A DNA stretch of 64,000 nt, from the IMG/VR virus record IMGVR_UViG_3300020365_000001. The stretch is one strand, 5' to 3'. This document shows positions 36,855 through 46,062 of this stretch, piece after piece. Made by a program: the position numbers and the translations under genes. Each line of letters starts with the position of its first letter. Within the stretch, counting starts at the first letter, position 1. Source of the stretch: a virus (Duplodnaviria; Caudoviricetes). The notes below the pieces were generated by a model. It ran no database searches, had not been told where the DNA came from, and saw only the letters and a list, made by a program, of their open reading frames with translations.

Positions 36855-38155
36855 TGGTAATACTCAGTACAGTAATTGCAAACAACTTCATCTATGTATT
36901 CTAGCATAGGTTCAGTAATAACGGGACTACATCCTACGAAAAATACATTATCCAACACTTTACATGCATTAGGATAATTAGTTGCAGGTTCAATGTGTCT
37001 ATATGCAGGGTGCATCAGGATATTACCTGCAAAATAGTTCCTCGTTTGAACCTTATTGTCCTCTAAATATTTTACAAGTCGGTGTTTGTGTTCTTCACAA
37101 ACGATGGGGACACCGAACCAACTGGTTTCTGCATGCTCTTTCTCTTCAATAACCCGAGCACCAGGGATCTTACAGAAGATCTCATGGAGTCTAGTTTTGT
37201 TGCTACGACGGATGCGATGTATCTCGTCCTGCTTAGTCAACTGCACCAACCCAATAGACCCTTGCAGATCGGCAGGTTTGAGGTTGTATCCTTGAACGCC
37301 AAAGACATACTTATGATCGACATCCTGGTCGTACCCTTCCAACCAGCGATCAAACCTGTTTCCACAGACACCGTTGGCCAGTTTGTTCTGGGATCCTACA
37401 CAATAACAACCTCGCCCCCACCAGGCAAAAGACCTGGCAATCTGGACGACCTCTTCAATGTTAGAGGAGACCATCCCGCCTTCAATCGTGCTGATATGGT
37501 GCGCTGGATAGAAAGAACACGACGCTGCGACGGCATGTTTGGTAAGGAGCTCACCTCGCCACTTGGAACCGAGCGAATCACAGTTGTCAGCGATATACCT
37601 CAGGTTATTCCTATCAACAATGTCGAGGAACTTATCGAAATCATAGGGATTTCCCAGAACAGGAGAAGAAAAAAGCGCAACAGTTCTAGGACTGATCCGT
37701 TGTTCTAACTGTTCCAGATCCCAGTTGAGATCATCGTAGTTGATGTCAACAAAGACTGGTTTGAGTCCGTTCTGGATGATGGGATTGATAGTGGTGGGGA
37801 AACCACAGGTGCAGACGATAATCTCATCTCCATCGTGCCAATCAAAATACTTTTTGAGTGCAGCAATCATCACCAGGTTGGCAGATGATCCACTGTTCAC
37901 CATCACAGAGTGGTCAAACCCAAACTGTTTGGAGAATGCACGTTCAAATTTATTGACTTCCTCTCCAGCAGGCAACCACTTGCCCTGTAGCATGGTGGTG
38001 ATGGCAGCAACGGGTTCCTTCTCATCCCAATAGGGACCAGAGTAGTACACATTGTCACCAGGTTCCCACCCCTTGTTTGCCATGAAGGGGAATAGTTTTT
38101 CTCCGTCTGCCTCTAGCGAAGCAACAAAATCCTCAACCTTACTCTTTACAGACAT
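36851..38155 (-). CDS. rfbH: NDP-4-keto-6-deoxyglucose 3-dehydratase (RfbH/E1-type, DegT family)
   Basis: NSGSSANL, DNCDSLGS, SFYPAHHI (His in place of Lys), GRGCYC...C Fe-S loop, DHKY. Confidence 0.85.
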   Translation of the reverse strand: MSVKSKVEDFVASLEADGEKLFPFMANKGWEPGDNVYYSGPYWDEKEPVAAITTMLQGKWLPAGEEVNKFERAFSKQFGFDHSVMVNSGSSANLVMIAALKKYFDWHDGDEIIVCTCGFPTTINPIIQNGLKPVFVDINYDDLNWDLEQLEQRISPRTVALFSSPVLGNPYDFDKFLDIVDRNNLRYIADNCDSLGSKWRGELLTKHAVAASCSFYPAHHISTIEGGMVSSNIEEVVQIARSFAWWGRGCYCVGSQNKLANGVCGNRFDRWLEGYDQDVDHKYVFGVQGYNLKPADLQGSIGLVQLTKQDEIHRIRRSNKTRLHEIFCKIPGARVIEEKEHAETSWFGVPIVCEEHKHRLVKYLEDNKVQTRNYFAGNILMHPAYRHIEPATNYPNACKVLDNVFFVGCSPVITEPMLEYIDEVVCNYCTEYYQ

Positions 38156-39000
38156 AACGATTCAACCATCTCACGGGTGTCCATACTAGGTTTGAAACCT
38201 AACGATTGTAGTTTACTGGTGTCCAGGTAAAAGTCCTGAGTCTGGACATCCTTATGAAACTTTGGTGGTTCGATACTATCTATATGGGATCTAGTACCAG
38301 TACAACCAGCAGCAATCTCAACGATCTCACCGATTGTTGTGGGTCTACCTGACCCGATATTATATGTGGTGTTCAGGTCACCATCATCAATCACCGTCTT
38401 GATGGCACGACAGACATCATCAACATGCATAACATCACGACGATGACTACCACCATCATAGAGGTTGATTGGTTTATGCTCTTTGAGTTGATTGATCATC
38501 CACATGATTGCATTCTTCTGCTTCGATGCTTTAGGATCATCACCCAAAACATTACACAAGCGAAGGATACGATACTTCATCTTGTACACATCACAGAAAG
38601 ACTTGATCAAGTCTTCTGCACACCTCTTGGTGATACTATAGAACCCAGTAGGATTGCATAGAGAATCCTCAAAGGCAGGGATAGGTCCACCTTTACCATA
38701 CACAAACCAGGAAGAGATGAAGTTGAACTCAATGTCTTCTTTGCGACAATGCTCTAAGACATCACACAGGACACGAAGGTTGGTGTCAACATCTAAACCA
38801 AGATTTTTGTGGACGTTATAGTTGTCCACTGTAGAGATCATGTAAAGGATCTTCTTAGATTGAGGTTTGTATTCATCACGTTCCTGCACCAGCGTATCAG
38901 GATACATCTCAGCATACCTACCACCAACAAATCCAGGACCATAGAGTGTGACTGGACTATTGAATGACTTTACACCATTCCCCATTTTTCTAAGTACCAT
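38146..39000 (-). CDS. NAD-dependent epimerase/reductase (SDR)
   Basis: GPGFVG, ISSWFVYG, YSITK, RDVMHV.D. Confidence 0.82.
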   Translation of the reverse strand: MVLRKMGNGVKSFNSPVTLYGPGFVGGRYAEMYPDTLVQERDEYKPQSKKILYMISTVDNYNVHKNLGLDVDTNLRVLCDVLEHCRKEDIEFNFISSWFVYGKGGPIPAFEDSLCNPTGFYSITKRCAEDLIKSFCDVYKMKYRILRLCNVLGDDPKASKQKNAIMWMINQLKEHKPINLYDGGSHRRDVMHVDDVCRAIKTVIDDGDLNTTYNIGSGRPTTIGEIVEIAAGCTGTRSHIDSIEPPKFHKDVQTQDFYLDTSKLQSLGFKPSMDTREMVESLCL

Positions 39001-39917
39001 GATACAGTTTCGCGTAGTCCGTAATCAAAATCAGTAGTTGGTTTCCACCCAGTAGTTGCAGTTATTTTAGCATGATCCATACCATACCGCTTGTCCTGCC
39101 CTGGTCTTTGGTCAGAAATACCAATGAGACCATAAGGTTTTTTCAAGAGGTCTAGAACTTTTTTAGAGACATCAATATTTCTCATCTCACATGACCCACC
39201 AATGTTGAACTGATCATTGATGATGTTATTCTTTTCCAGAGACCAGATTGCTTCGCAATGATCTCTAACATGCAACCAGTCACGAATCTGTTGACCACCA
39301 CCATACATGAAGGTAGTGGTATCATTCATGGCACGGTGCACAAGTTTAGGTATTAGTTTCTCCTCGTGCTGATGCCTACCATAGTTGTTACTACAGTTGG
39401 TAATCAGATACGGTAGATCATATGTGTTGTGCCAGGTCTTGACATAATGATCTGACGCTGCCTTGCTGGCAGAATATGGATTGCGTGGATCGTATGGTGT
39501 CTCTTCTGTAAACAGTTCTGTGTCATCATACTCCAAAGATCCATACACCTCATCAGTAGAGATGTGATGAAACTTCTCAATGCCAATGTTCAACGAAGCA
39601 TTGAGTAGATTGATAGTACCAATGACATTCGCCTCTAGGAATGGGCGATAGTTTGCAATACTATTGTCTACGTGACTCTCTGCTGCAAAGTGCCAGATCT
39701 TTTTAGGTTTATACTTCTCAAACAGAAACAAGACGTGATCCTCATTAGAGATATCACACCACTCAAAAGCAAACTGCCTGCTCTTAGGTACGTACCCAAG
39801 ATCACCAGCGTATGTCAGATTGTCTAGGACAACAATCGGTTCAGAAGTCTTCTTAGATAAGAAATGTAAGAAGTTACTGCCGATGAACCCGGCACCGCCG
39901 GTCACCATGTATGTCAT
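38970..39917 (-). CDS. rmlB: dTDP-glucose 4,6-dehydratase
   Basis: GGAGFIGSN, AAESHVD, STDEVYG, YSASK, CSNNYG, RPG.D.RY. Confidence 0.92.
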   Translation of the reverse strand: MTYMVTGGAGFIGSNFLHFLSKKTSEPIVVLDNLTYAGDLGYVPKSRQFAFEWCDISNEDHVLFLFEKYKPKKIWHFAAESHVDNSIANYRPFLEANVIGTINLLNASLNIGIEKFHHISTDEVYGSLEYDDTELFTEETPYDPRNPYSASKAASDHYVKTWHNTYDLPYLITNCSNNYGRHQHEEKLIPKLVHRAMNDTTTFMYGGGQQIRDWLHVRDHCEAIWSLEKNNIINDQFNIGGSCEMRNIDVSKKVLDLLKKPYGLIGISDQRPGQDKRYGMDHAKITATTGWKPTTDFDYGLRETVSWYLEKWGMV

Positions 39918-40276
39918 ATTAGCATGTCTAGTAGGGGCATTTTTTGTGTACGACCATAATCATCTTCTAGTCGTACGATGTCACGTTCTTTACAGGTACC
40001 ACGTTGAACCTCAAAGAACGTTAGTCCTTGATCATGTGCCTTTGCACGATGCCGCTGTTCAATGCCAATGGTAAAGGTAGAACCAGGATGGCATTCTACC
40101 TCACAGTTGCCCTGTGTAATGAGACCAGAACCTTCTATGACAATCCAGTGCTCTGTTCTATGTCTATGGAATTGGAGAGAAAATCTTTGCCCTGGTTCGA
40201 GATGAATTTTCTTCACTAAGAAATCATCACCTCTTTCAAGTAATTCAAACCAACCCCAGGGTCGGTATTCTCTCAC
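39914..40276 (-). CDS. Mannose-6-phosphate isomerase cupin (type II C-terminal domain)
   Basis: RPWGWF, SLQFH.HRTEHW, EVQ.G...E.DIVRLEDDYGR. Confidence 0.9.
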   Translation of the reverse strand: MREYRPWGWFELLERGDDFLVKKIHLEPGQRFSLQFHRHRTEHWIVIEGSGLITQGNCEVECHPGSTFTIGIEQRHRAKAHDQGLTFFEVQRGTCKERDIVRLEDDYGRTQKMPLLDMLI

Positions 40277-40503
40277 TGCATAACCCCCGTATTCATCAGG
40301 TCATACTCAAGCTTGTCTAGAACCACGTTGTAATCTTTGTCCTTGTCTCCGTAGAAGTCAAACTCTGCTTCTTGTTTGTAATGACTGATGAGTTCATCGT
40401 AAAGGGAAGGGTGGTCGTACTCTAGATCTACCTTGTCCTCAACTGCATCCACCAGGTGGTGGGTAACATTCTTGAACTTGGCGAGAAACTGTCCTCTAGA
40501 CAT
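40273..40503 (-). CDS. Small conserved hypothetical protein
   Basis: First gene after a consensus promoter; start moved to MSRGQFL. Confidence 0.6.
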   Translation of the reverse strand: MSRGQFLAKFKNVTHHLVDAVEDKVDLEYDHPSLYDELISHYKQEAEFDFYGDKDKDYNVVLDKLEYDLMNTGVMQ

Positions 40504-40524
40504 TGCTGGTATGGTAACGAGATT

Positions 40525-40553
40525 ATTATATGCGATCACACACCTCTTGTCAA
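40525..40553 (-). promoter_or_regulatory. Consensus sigma70 promoter at the head of the glycosylation island
   Basis: TTGACA-17nt-TATAAT. Confidence 0.85.
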
Positions 40554-41090
40554 GAATGAATCGTATTTGTTATGGGTAATAACGTTGATGTTGATCGCGA
40601 TCCGATAGTCCTTGGTTTTTGAAGGCAACGGAGAGTGATAATAAGTAGCGGGGAAAACTAAAAGTTCGCCCTCTACTGGACTATGTATGTGTTTTTCACC
40701 ATCAATTAGAAAAAGAATATCCCCTGAGTCTTTAGGTTTCTTCATATAGAATACCGTAGATAAGTCCCGCGATATTTTTTCTGAGATGTGGTTGTGTAAG
40801 ACACTCACACTTCTCTCCTCATTAGACACGTATGCCCAACAACTTGACGCAAACTTGTCAGGTATTATTGCAGCAGGATATAACTTCCTAACCTCAGAGA
40901 CTACGATGTCAAACAAAGGTTGAAAGTATTTCAGGTTACTAGGTACTATATCAAATACGTATTGTCCCTGTGCGTAGTTTCTCTTACTCCACTTGTGTTG
41001 CAGTATTAGTTTACGGTATAGATCAGTATCGATCCAGTCAGTACCGATGTTGGTGTAGTGTATTGAGTCTGAGAAATCAACGCTCTTCAA
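40536..41090 (-). CDS. 2OG-Fe(II) oxygenase
   Basis: WAY...HNH...STVFYM...LLVFPATYYH...RIAININ. Confidence 0.78.
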   Translation of the reverse strand: MKSVDFSDSIHYTNIGTDWIDTDLYRKLILQHKWSKRNYAQGQYVFDIVPSNLKYFQPLFDIVVSEVRKLYPAAIIPDKFASSCWAYVSNEERSVSVLHNHISEKISRDLSTVFYMKKPKDSGDILFLIDGEKHIHSPVEGELLVFPATYYHSPLPSKTKDYRIAININVITHNKYDSFLTRGV

Positions 41091-41322
41091 AGTTTAGTTT
41101 CCTCACCTTACGATTCCTACGCTCTTCTTGGAACGCAAGATCTTGTCGGGTAAATCCTTGCTTACTTTCTTTCTTGGTAATGTAAGTAACCAGATCAAGA
41201 TCCATAGCAGTGATTACATCACTACGGACTGAAGCAGCGTTAGGACAACCACAGAATACAGGTTTGCCATCGTAATTTAGTTCAACACCACATTGTAGGC
41301 ATTGAATACTAATGTTAGTCAT
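41077..41322 (-). CDS. Small Zn-ribbon hypothetical protein
   Basis: CLQC...CGCPN; C-terminal RKVRKLNFE. Confidence 0.7.
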   Translation of the reverse strand: MTNISIQCLQCGVELNYDGKPVFCGCPNAASVRSDVITAMDLDLVTYITKKESKQGFTRQDLAFQEERRNRKVRKLNFEER

Positions 41323-41821
41323 TGCTCTTACAGAAAATTTGTACGGACATTCTTACTTGTGCTTGTTCACCACCGATTATGGGTGATACAGCATGTCTTT
41401 CGTGATTATTATTTACTATCATCATGTTCTCTACAGGAGAGATACTCTTTAGTTCGTCAGTGTCTTTGTCTTTCCACATGAAAACTCCACCCAACTCAGG
41501 TACCCATGTATTCAGATACAAAGTTCCTCCTGCATCATTACCACCATCATCATGCCAGTTGATACCTGAACCAGGTAACCACACATGATAATTTACATTT
41601 GTAATTGGACTACGGAAGTATTGGTTTAGCGATACCTTGATCTCATTGATGACTTCTGCTGATGGTTTTGTGGATAAACAGTAATTACGCATTCCCTTAG
41701 TAAGGGACTGCCCCCATTTCCATTTACTAAAACCCCATACATCCAGTTTCTGGCGAGAGTGAATCTCTCTAATACATTTCGCCACCAAGTCAGAAGATAC
41801 TGCATCATGAATGAGTTGCAT
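41315..41821 (-). CDS. 2OG-Fe(II) oxygenase
   Basis: INWHDD, TLYLN.W...GG, HAVSP, R.SVQIF. Confidence 0.82.
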   Translation of the reverse strand: MQLIHDAVSSDLVAKCIREIHSRQKLDVWGFSKWKWGQSLTKGMRNYCLSTKPSAEVINEIKVSLNQYFRSPITNVNYHVWLPGSGINWHDDGGNDAGGTLYLNTWVPELGGVFMWKDKDTDELKSISPVENMMIVNNNHERHAVSPIIGGEQAQVRMSVQIFCKSND

Positions 41822-42461
41822 TGGCGATTTCTTCCAAGTTTTTATTGAAGATTTCTAAACCAGCATCAGTCAACACATGCTTGTACATCTTTTCAAATAC
41901 AGCAGGTGGCATAGTGACAATGTGAGCACCGTTGTAGAAGGCACGGGTTACTTTATAAACATCTCTGAGAGATGCAGCGAGGATCTTAGTCCGCACATTT
42001 TGTACTCGGTAAACTTCTGCGATGGAACGAACTACTTCCAATCCAGCAACCGAGTTGTCATCTAATCTACCAATGAAGGGGGAAACATATGTAGCACCAG
42101 ACTTGGCAGCCAGGATTGCCTGTGCTGCGGAGAAGATCAACGTAACGTTGACTCTAATCAAGTCCTTAGTAAGTTCCTTACATACCCAAAGACCATCTGG
42201 AGTACAAGGAACCTTGATCGTTGCTACTGCACCATATTTTTTTGCAAGTCGCCGACCTTCTTCAAGCATTTCCATGGCATTACCACCAACTTCCATGCTG
42301 ATATCAGTCAACCCCATCTCTGCAAGTTCAGCATACACATCATCAGGACACTTCCCACTCCTGACCATAAGTGTAGGGTTTGTTGTAACACCATCGATCA
42401 TACCAGTAGGCAGATGACGATTGATAATTTCAGTGTCGGCAGTATCAAGAAAAATTTGCAT
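41805..42461 (-). CDS. talC: Transaldolase (TalC type)
   Basis: IFLDTA, GVTTNPTL, TIKVP, NVTLIFS, VSPFIGR. Confidence 0.96.
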   Translation of the reverse strand: MQIFLDTADTEIINRHLPTGMIDGVTTNPTLMVRSGKCPDDVYAELAEMGLTDISMEVGGNAMEMLEEGRRLAKKYGAVATIKVPCTPDGLWVCKELTKDLIRVNVTLIFSAAQAILAAKSGATYVSPFIGRLDDNSVAGLEVVRSIAEVYRVQNVRTKILAASLRDVYKVTRAFYNGAHIVTMPPAVFEKMYKHVLTDAGLEIFNKNLEEIANATHS

Positions 42462-42528
42462 GGCAATAAATAACCTTCCATTGTATATAGCATCGGACTA
42501 AATAAGTTCAGACTGTGTAATTTACCAA

Positions 42529-43038
42529 ATGAAAAGAGTCCTTTTTGCAGTTGCGTTAGTGGGGTCCGCCTTCGCACTGCCAGCAAAGGCAGACTTGATT
42601 CATCGCATGACTACCTCTACCCAACTGACTGTTGATGCTGCGGCATCTCAGGCTACTCGGATTGGATCTACGTATTCTACCAGTGGTAATAACATTACTG
42701 CATCCACCTTCGGCGGTCTTACTGCTGCCACTGGTGACAATGCATTGACTGCCCCTGCCACTATGACGGATGGCACCTATGCCATGACTACAGCAGGTAG
42801 TGCGTATAGTTTTTCAGAATCTTTCACTATGGGTGATTCTGTAAATACTGCGGGAACAACTGTCAATACAGGTGTTGTACCTGCACTGCCCGCTTTCGGG
42901 TCGGTGACGACTTCAAGCGGCGGTGTGGCTGGCGATCTAGCTGGAACGATTACGACGGCGGGCGCTGTTACTTTGACCGCTGGCGGAGCTGGCACAAGTG
43001 CTACCGGACAATTCGTGTCCGAGGTGACGGTGAAATGA
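42529..43038 (+). CDS. Secreted T/A/G-rich protein, late operon gene 1
   Basis: Signal peptide ending AKA; CTAAATA about 30 nt upstream. Confidence 0.75.
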   Translation: MKRVLFAVALVGSAFALPAKADLIHRMTTSTQLTVDAAASQATRIGSTYSTSGNNITASTFGGLTAATGDNALTAPATMTDGTYAMTTAGSAYSFSESFTMGDSVNTAGTTVNTGVVPALPAFGSVTTSSGGVAGDLAGTITTAGAVTLTAGGAGTSATGQFVSEVTVK

Positions 43039-43041
43039 CCA

Positions 43042-43488
43042 ATGCCAAAACTAGCACTTGCTCTGGTTGCGATTGTAACTGTCCTTGCAAATGCAAGGAG
43101 TGCAAAGTCTGTTCCTGTGGTGCCTAATTTTACACAAGGAAGTATGACTAGTCACACGGAAACAACTTCCACGGTGACTGAAACTATCAACAGCATAGAC
43201 TATGCTACAGGTTGGACCTATAGCGTGACAGGAAATAATGTTCAACATAATGGAAGCAGTATCTCACCTGATGCTGGTTCAACCCCTAGTAATACTTTGA
43301 ATGGCGTGACATCAACATGGACAGGATTAGATCTGGATCAAAAACCGGACTGGACATTGACAACTCCCGGAGCAGCGTTCCAATTCACGGAACACTACTC
43401 AGGTCCGGGCATGGCAACACAAACGATTATACAAAGAACCACAACCATAAACTCGGTCACAGATACTACAAGTATTTTCTCGCAGTAG
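43042..43488 (+). CDS. Secreted Thr-rich protein, late operon gene 2
   Basis: Signal peptide; VPVVPNFTQGSMTS, AFQFTE.Y.GPG. Confidence 0.75.
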   Translation: MPKLALALVAIVTVLANARSAKSVPVVPNFTQGSMTSHTETTSTVTETINSIDYATGWTYSVTGNNVQHNGSSISPDAGSTPSNTLNGVTSTWTGLDLDQKPDWTLTTPGAAFQFTEHYSGPGMATQTIIQRTTTINSVTDTTSIFSQ

Positions 43489-44207
43489 TTCTTGGTTTAG
43501 GTAACATAGCACCTGCCCTCGCCAACACAGATGTTGGTGGGGTAAGTGCTACTGCAAACCCTGTGGCAAATAGCTCTGGCTCAGTGACCAACCAAGCTAT
43601 CCAGGTATTACAAGGCCCATATATTACCAATACTTATGGAGGAGGGATCAGTTGCCAAGGTCCCACTATGAATATAACCCCATTCGTTACGGGATCACTA
43701 TCCCAAACACACCCATACGAATCAACATTTGATGATCCCGTGTATGACATGAGGGATCTAGATGATGATGGTGCTCCCGATAATCCTGGCTCGATTTTAT
43801 ATTACGTTCCGACGAGAACAGGACAGAAAAATAATAGTAATATATCCCTTGGTTTCAGTGCCACTTGGTCTAGACCAATGGACAGACAACTACAAGATCA
43901 ATGTAAGAAAGCAGCAGCAACACAAATTGCATTGCAAGAACAGATGACTGCCAATAAGAGATTAGATTTTGAGATCGCGAGACTCAAGAATTGTGGAGAA
44001 TTGATAAAGGCAGGAATCATGTTCCACCCTAGGAGTGAGTATGCGAAGATATGTGAAGACGTTATAGTATTGAATAAGAACTACGTCGTACCACACCGTC
44101 ACTCTATTCCTTCCCCTTCAACTTCCGAATCGCGTGGGAACGGATCCGCTGCTGATCTCGGCGGTCCCTTACAGACTCGGGGGGAATCTTCTTCTTCCTC
44201 AAAGTAG
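43317..44207 (+). CDS. Secreted protein, late operon gene 3 (true start uncertain)
   Basis: Signal-like KYFLAVVLGLGNIAPALA near 43469; VSATANP.ANSSGSVTNQAIQ, ISCQGPT, RLKNCGEL. Confidence 0.7.
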   Translation: MDRIRSGSKTGLDIDNSRSSVPIHGTLLRSGHGNTNDYTKNHNHKLGHRYYKYFLAVVLGLGNIAPALANTDVGGVSATANPVANSSGSVTNQAIQVLQGPYITNTYGGGISCQGPTMNITPFVTGSLSQTHPYESTFDDPVYDMRDLDDDGAPDNPGSILYYVPTRTGQKNNSNISLGFSATWSRPMDRQLQDQCKKAAATQIALQEQMTANKRLDFEIARLKNCGELIKAGIMFHPRSEYAKICEDVIVLNKNYVVPHRHSIPSPSTSESRGNGSAADLGGPLQTRGESSSSSK

Positions 44208-44871
44208 CAATCTTTTTGATAATCTTTTTGACTGTTGGTTTGACTGCTTTCAGTACCAGATCTGCTAAGGGTTTTGCCAACAGTGCTGACGTGGTAGCAA
44301 CAACAGCAATACTAGCAGTGGTAGTAACTGATGCTGGAGAAGGTATTGCTTTGACGATTTGATCTGGAATACTAAGTTCAACCTTGACAGGTATACACTC
44401 CTTTCCAACCAATTTATACTCAGTAATTTTTTTACTACCACCATCAGTCAGGGTACCTACAGGTTCTTTCAACTCCTGTGCTTCTGTAGGGCACCTAGGA
44501 ATTTCTGTGGGTGGTGTTGGAGGAGTCTCTGGTGGGTCTGGTGCTGCAACAGGAGGAACTTTCTGATCTTTCTGAAATATCAGATCCTCTTTATTATAAT
44601 CTAGGGGAGTGAAGGATGGTGTATCTGCATCACAGAACACCCTGACACCTCTAGGATCATCGTCAGGTAAGTTCTGCTGCTTGTCATCATCAATGTGTGC
44701 CTCTACACATCCAGGCACGTTTACAATCGGAGTACCAATCTCTACGGTTACCGGTGGTGCTGATTGCTGAACCGATGGTGCCCGTACATTGTTGTCAAAT
44801 ATTCTATTTACATCAGGAATGTCAAGTTTGCGGACCCTAATGGGTCTCACCTGAATATCAATGGGGTCCAT
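44104..44871 (-). CDS. Pro-rich membrane-anchored hypothetical protein
   Basis: PIVNVPGCVEAH, C-terminal TM helix and basic tail; start moved to MDPIDI. Confidence 0.7.
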   Translation of the reverse strand: MDPIDIQVRPIRVRKLDIPDVNRIFDNNVRAPSVQQSAPPVTVEIGTPIVNVPGCVEAHIDDDKQQNLPDDDPRGVRVFCDADTPSFTPLDYNKEDLIFQKDQKVPPVAAPDPPETPPTPPTEIPRCPTEAQELKEPVGTLTDGGSKKITEYKLVGKECIPVKVELSIPDQIVKAIPSPASVTTTASIAVVATTSALLAKPLADLVLKAVKPTVKKIIKKIATLRKKKIPPESVRDRRDQQRIRSHAIRKLKGKE

Positions 44872-45001
44872 TTTCGCGGACATCAATACCAAGTATATAG
44901 TAGACGACATAGAAAACTCCCGCCAGGAGCAGTATGATCGAGAAGATCACACTCCAGACGGGATCGTTTACATCTTGAAGGGGACGTAGTACGAGGTTCA
45001 T
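44858..45001 (-). CDS. 47-aa single-TM protein
   Basis: Read manually: MNLVLRPLQDVNDPVWSVIFSIILLLAGVFYVVYYILGIDVRENGPH; ATGA overlap with the gnd stop. Confidence 0.7.
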   Translation of the reverse strand: MNLVLRPLQDVNDPVWSVIFSIILLLAGVFYVVYYILGIDVRENGPH

Positions 45002-46062
45002 CTCACGTCATGTCCACCAAACATTGCTCGCATACCGTTCAGTATCTTGAAAGCGAAAGCCCCCAGGCGACGCGACCCAAAACGCTCAAACAACGCCGTA
45101 CTAATAACAGGAGTGGGGACACCCAGATCGACAGCGGCATGAACAGTCCAACGACCCTCACCGCTATCGGATACCCCTCCATCGAAATTATCAAGCTCTG
45201 TATTGCCACGAAGTACATCCGCAGTAAGGTCAAGTAACCAACTGCCAACCACGCTACCGCGACGCCACAACTCAGCCACTTCAGCAACGTCAATGTCGTA
45301 GCAGTAATCTTCTGGGTGCTCCATAGGAGCGACCTCTGCGTCTCCTGCTTTGACATACGCACTTCCTGCATTTGCTTCGTGAAGAATGTTGAACCCTTCC
45401 GCATATGCCTGCATCATACCATACTCAATGCCGTTGTGGACCATCTTGACGAAGTGTCCAGCACCAGGTCCTCCACAATGCAACCAACCATACTCAGCAC
45501 TGCGAGTGTAGTCTAGAGGATCAGTTCGTGGTGCGGCACTGAGACCAGGTGCGAGTGCCCTAAAGATAGGAGAGCAGATGGATACTGCGCCACTTGAACC
45601 ACCAACCATAAGACAGTATCCACGGTCCAGACCGTAGACACCACCACTAGTGCCACAGTCAATATACGCGATGCCAAGTTTAGATAATCTTTCGGCCCTT
45701 TTGCGAGAGTCCTTGAAATTGCTATTCCCGTGATCAATAATGATATCTCCAGAACTACAAAAACGTAATAGCTCATCGATAGTTTCCTCTACAGTTTCAG
45801 CAGGTACAACCATCATGAAGATGCCTGGTTGTTCTGTGATGACAGTCTCTCCAGACTTCTCACCATAGATGCTCTTTGTTTCTTTGACTACTTGAACAAG
45901 GCTTTCCACAGAAGTGGTATATCCACTGATATAACCCGCTTCATATTGGTCGTTAGCTTTTTGAACATTGTTTCTGTAACCCCATACTTCGATGTCGGCG
46001 TTCATCATGCGGCGGGACATACCCTCACCCATGCGACCAAGACCAATGATTCCAACTTTCAT
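44998..46062 (-). CDS. gnd: 6-phosphogluconate dehydrogenase
   Basis: IGLGRMG, DCGTSGG, GAGHFVKMVHNGIEYG, DSGEGRW. Confidence 0.97.
   Translation of the reverse strand: MKVGIIGLGRMGEGMSRRMMNADIEVWGYRNNVQKANDQYEAGYISGYTTSVESLVQVVKETKSIYGEKSGETVITEQPGIFMMVVPAETVEETIDELLRFCSSGDIIIDHGNSNFKDSRKRAERLSKLGIAYIDCGTSGGVYGLDRGYCLMVGGSSGAVSICSPIFRALAPGLSAAPRTDPLDYTRSAEYGWLHCGGPGAGHFVKMVHNGIEYGMMQAYAEGFNILHEANAGSAYVKAGDAEVAPMEHPEDYCYDIDVAEVAELWRRGSVVGSWLLDLTADVLRGNTELDNFDGGVSDSGEGRWTVHAAVDLGVPTPVISTALFERFGSRRLGAFAFKILNGMRAMFGGHDVR

Noticed and set aside
44911-44998. Possible ncRNA or tRNA in the apparent gap after gnd
   Set aside because: The gap is filled by a 47-aa TM ORF, and no cloverleaf is present.
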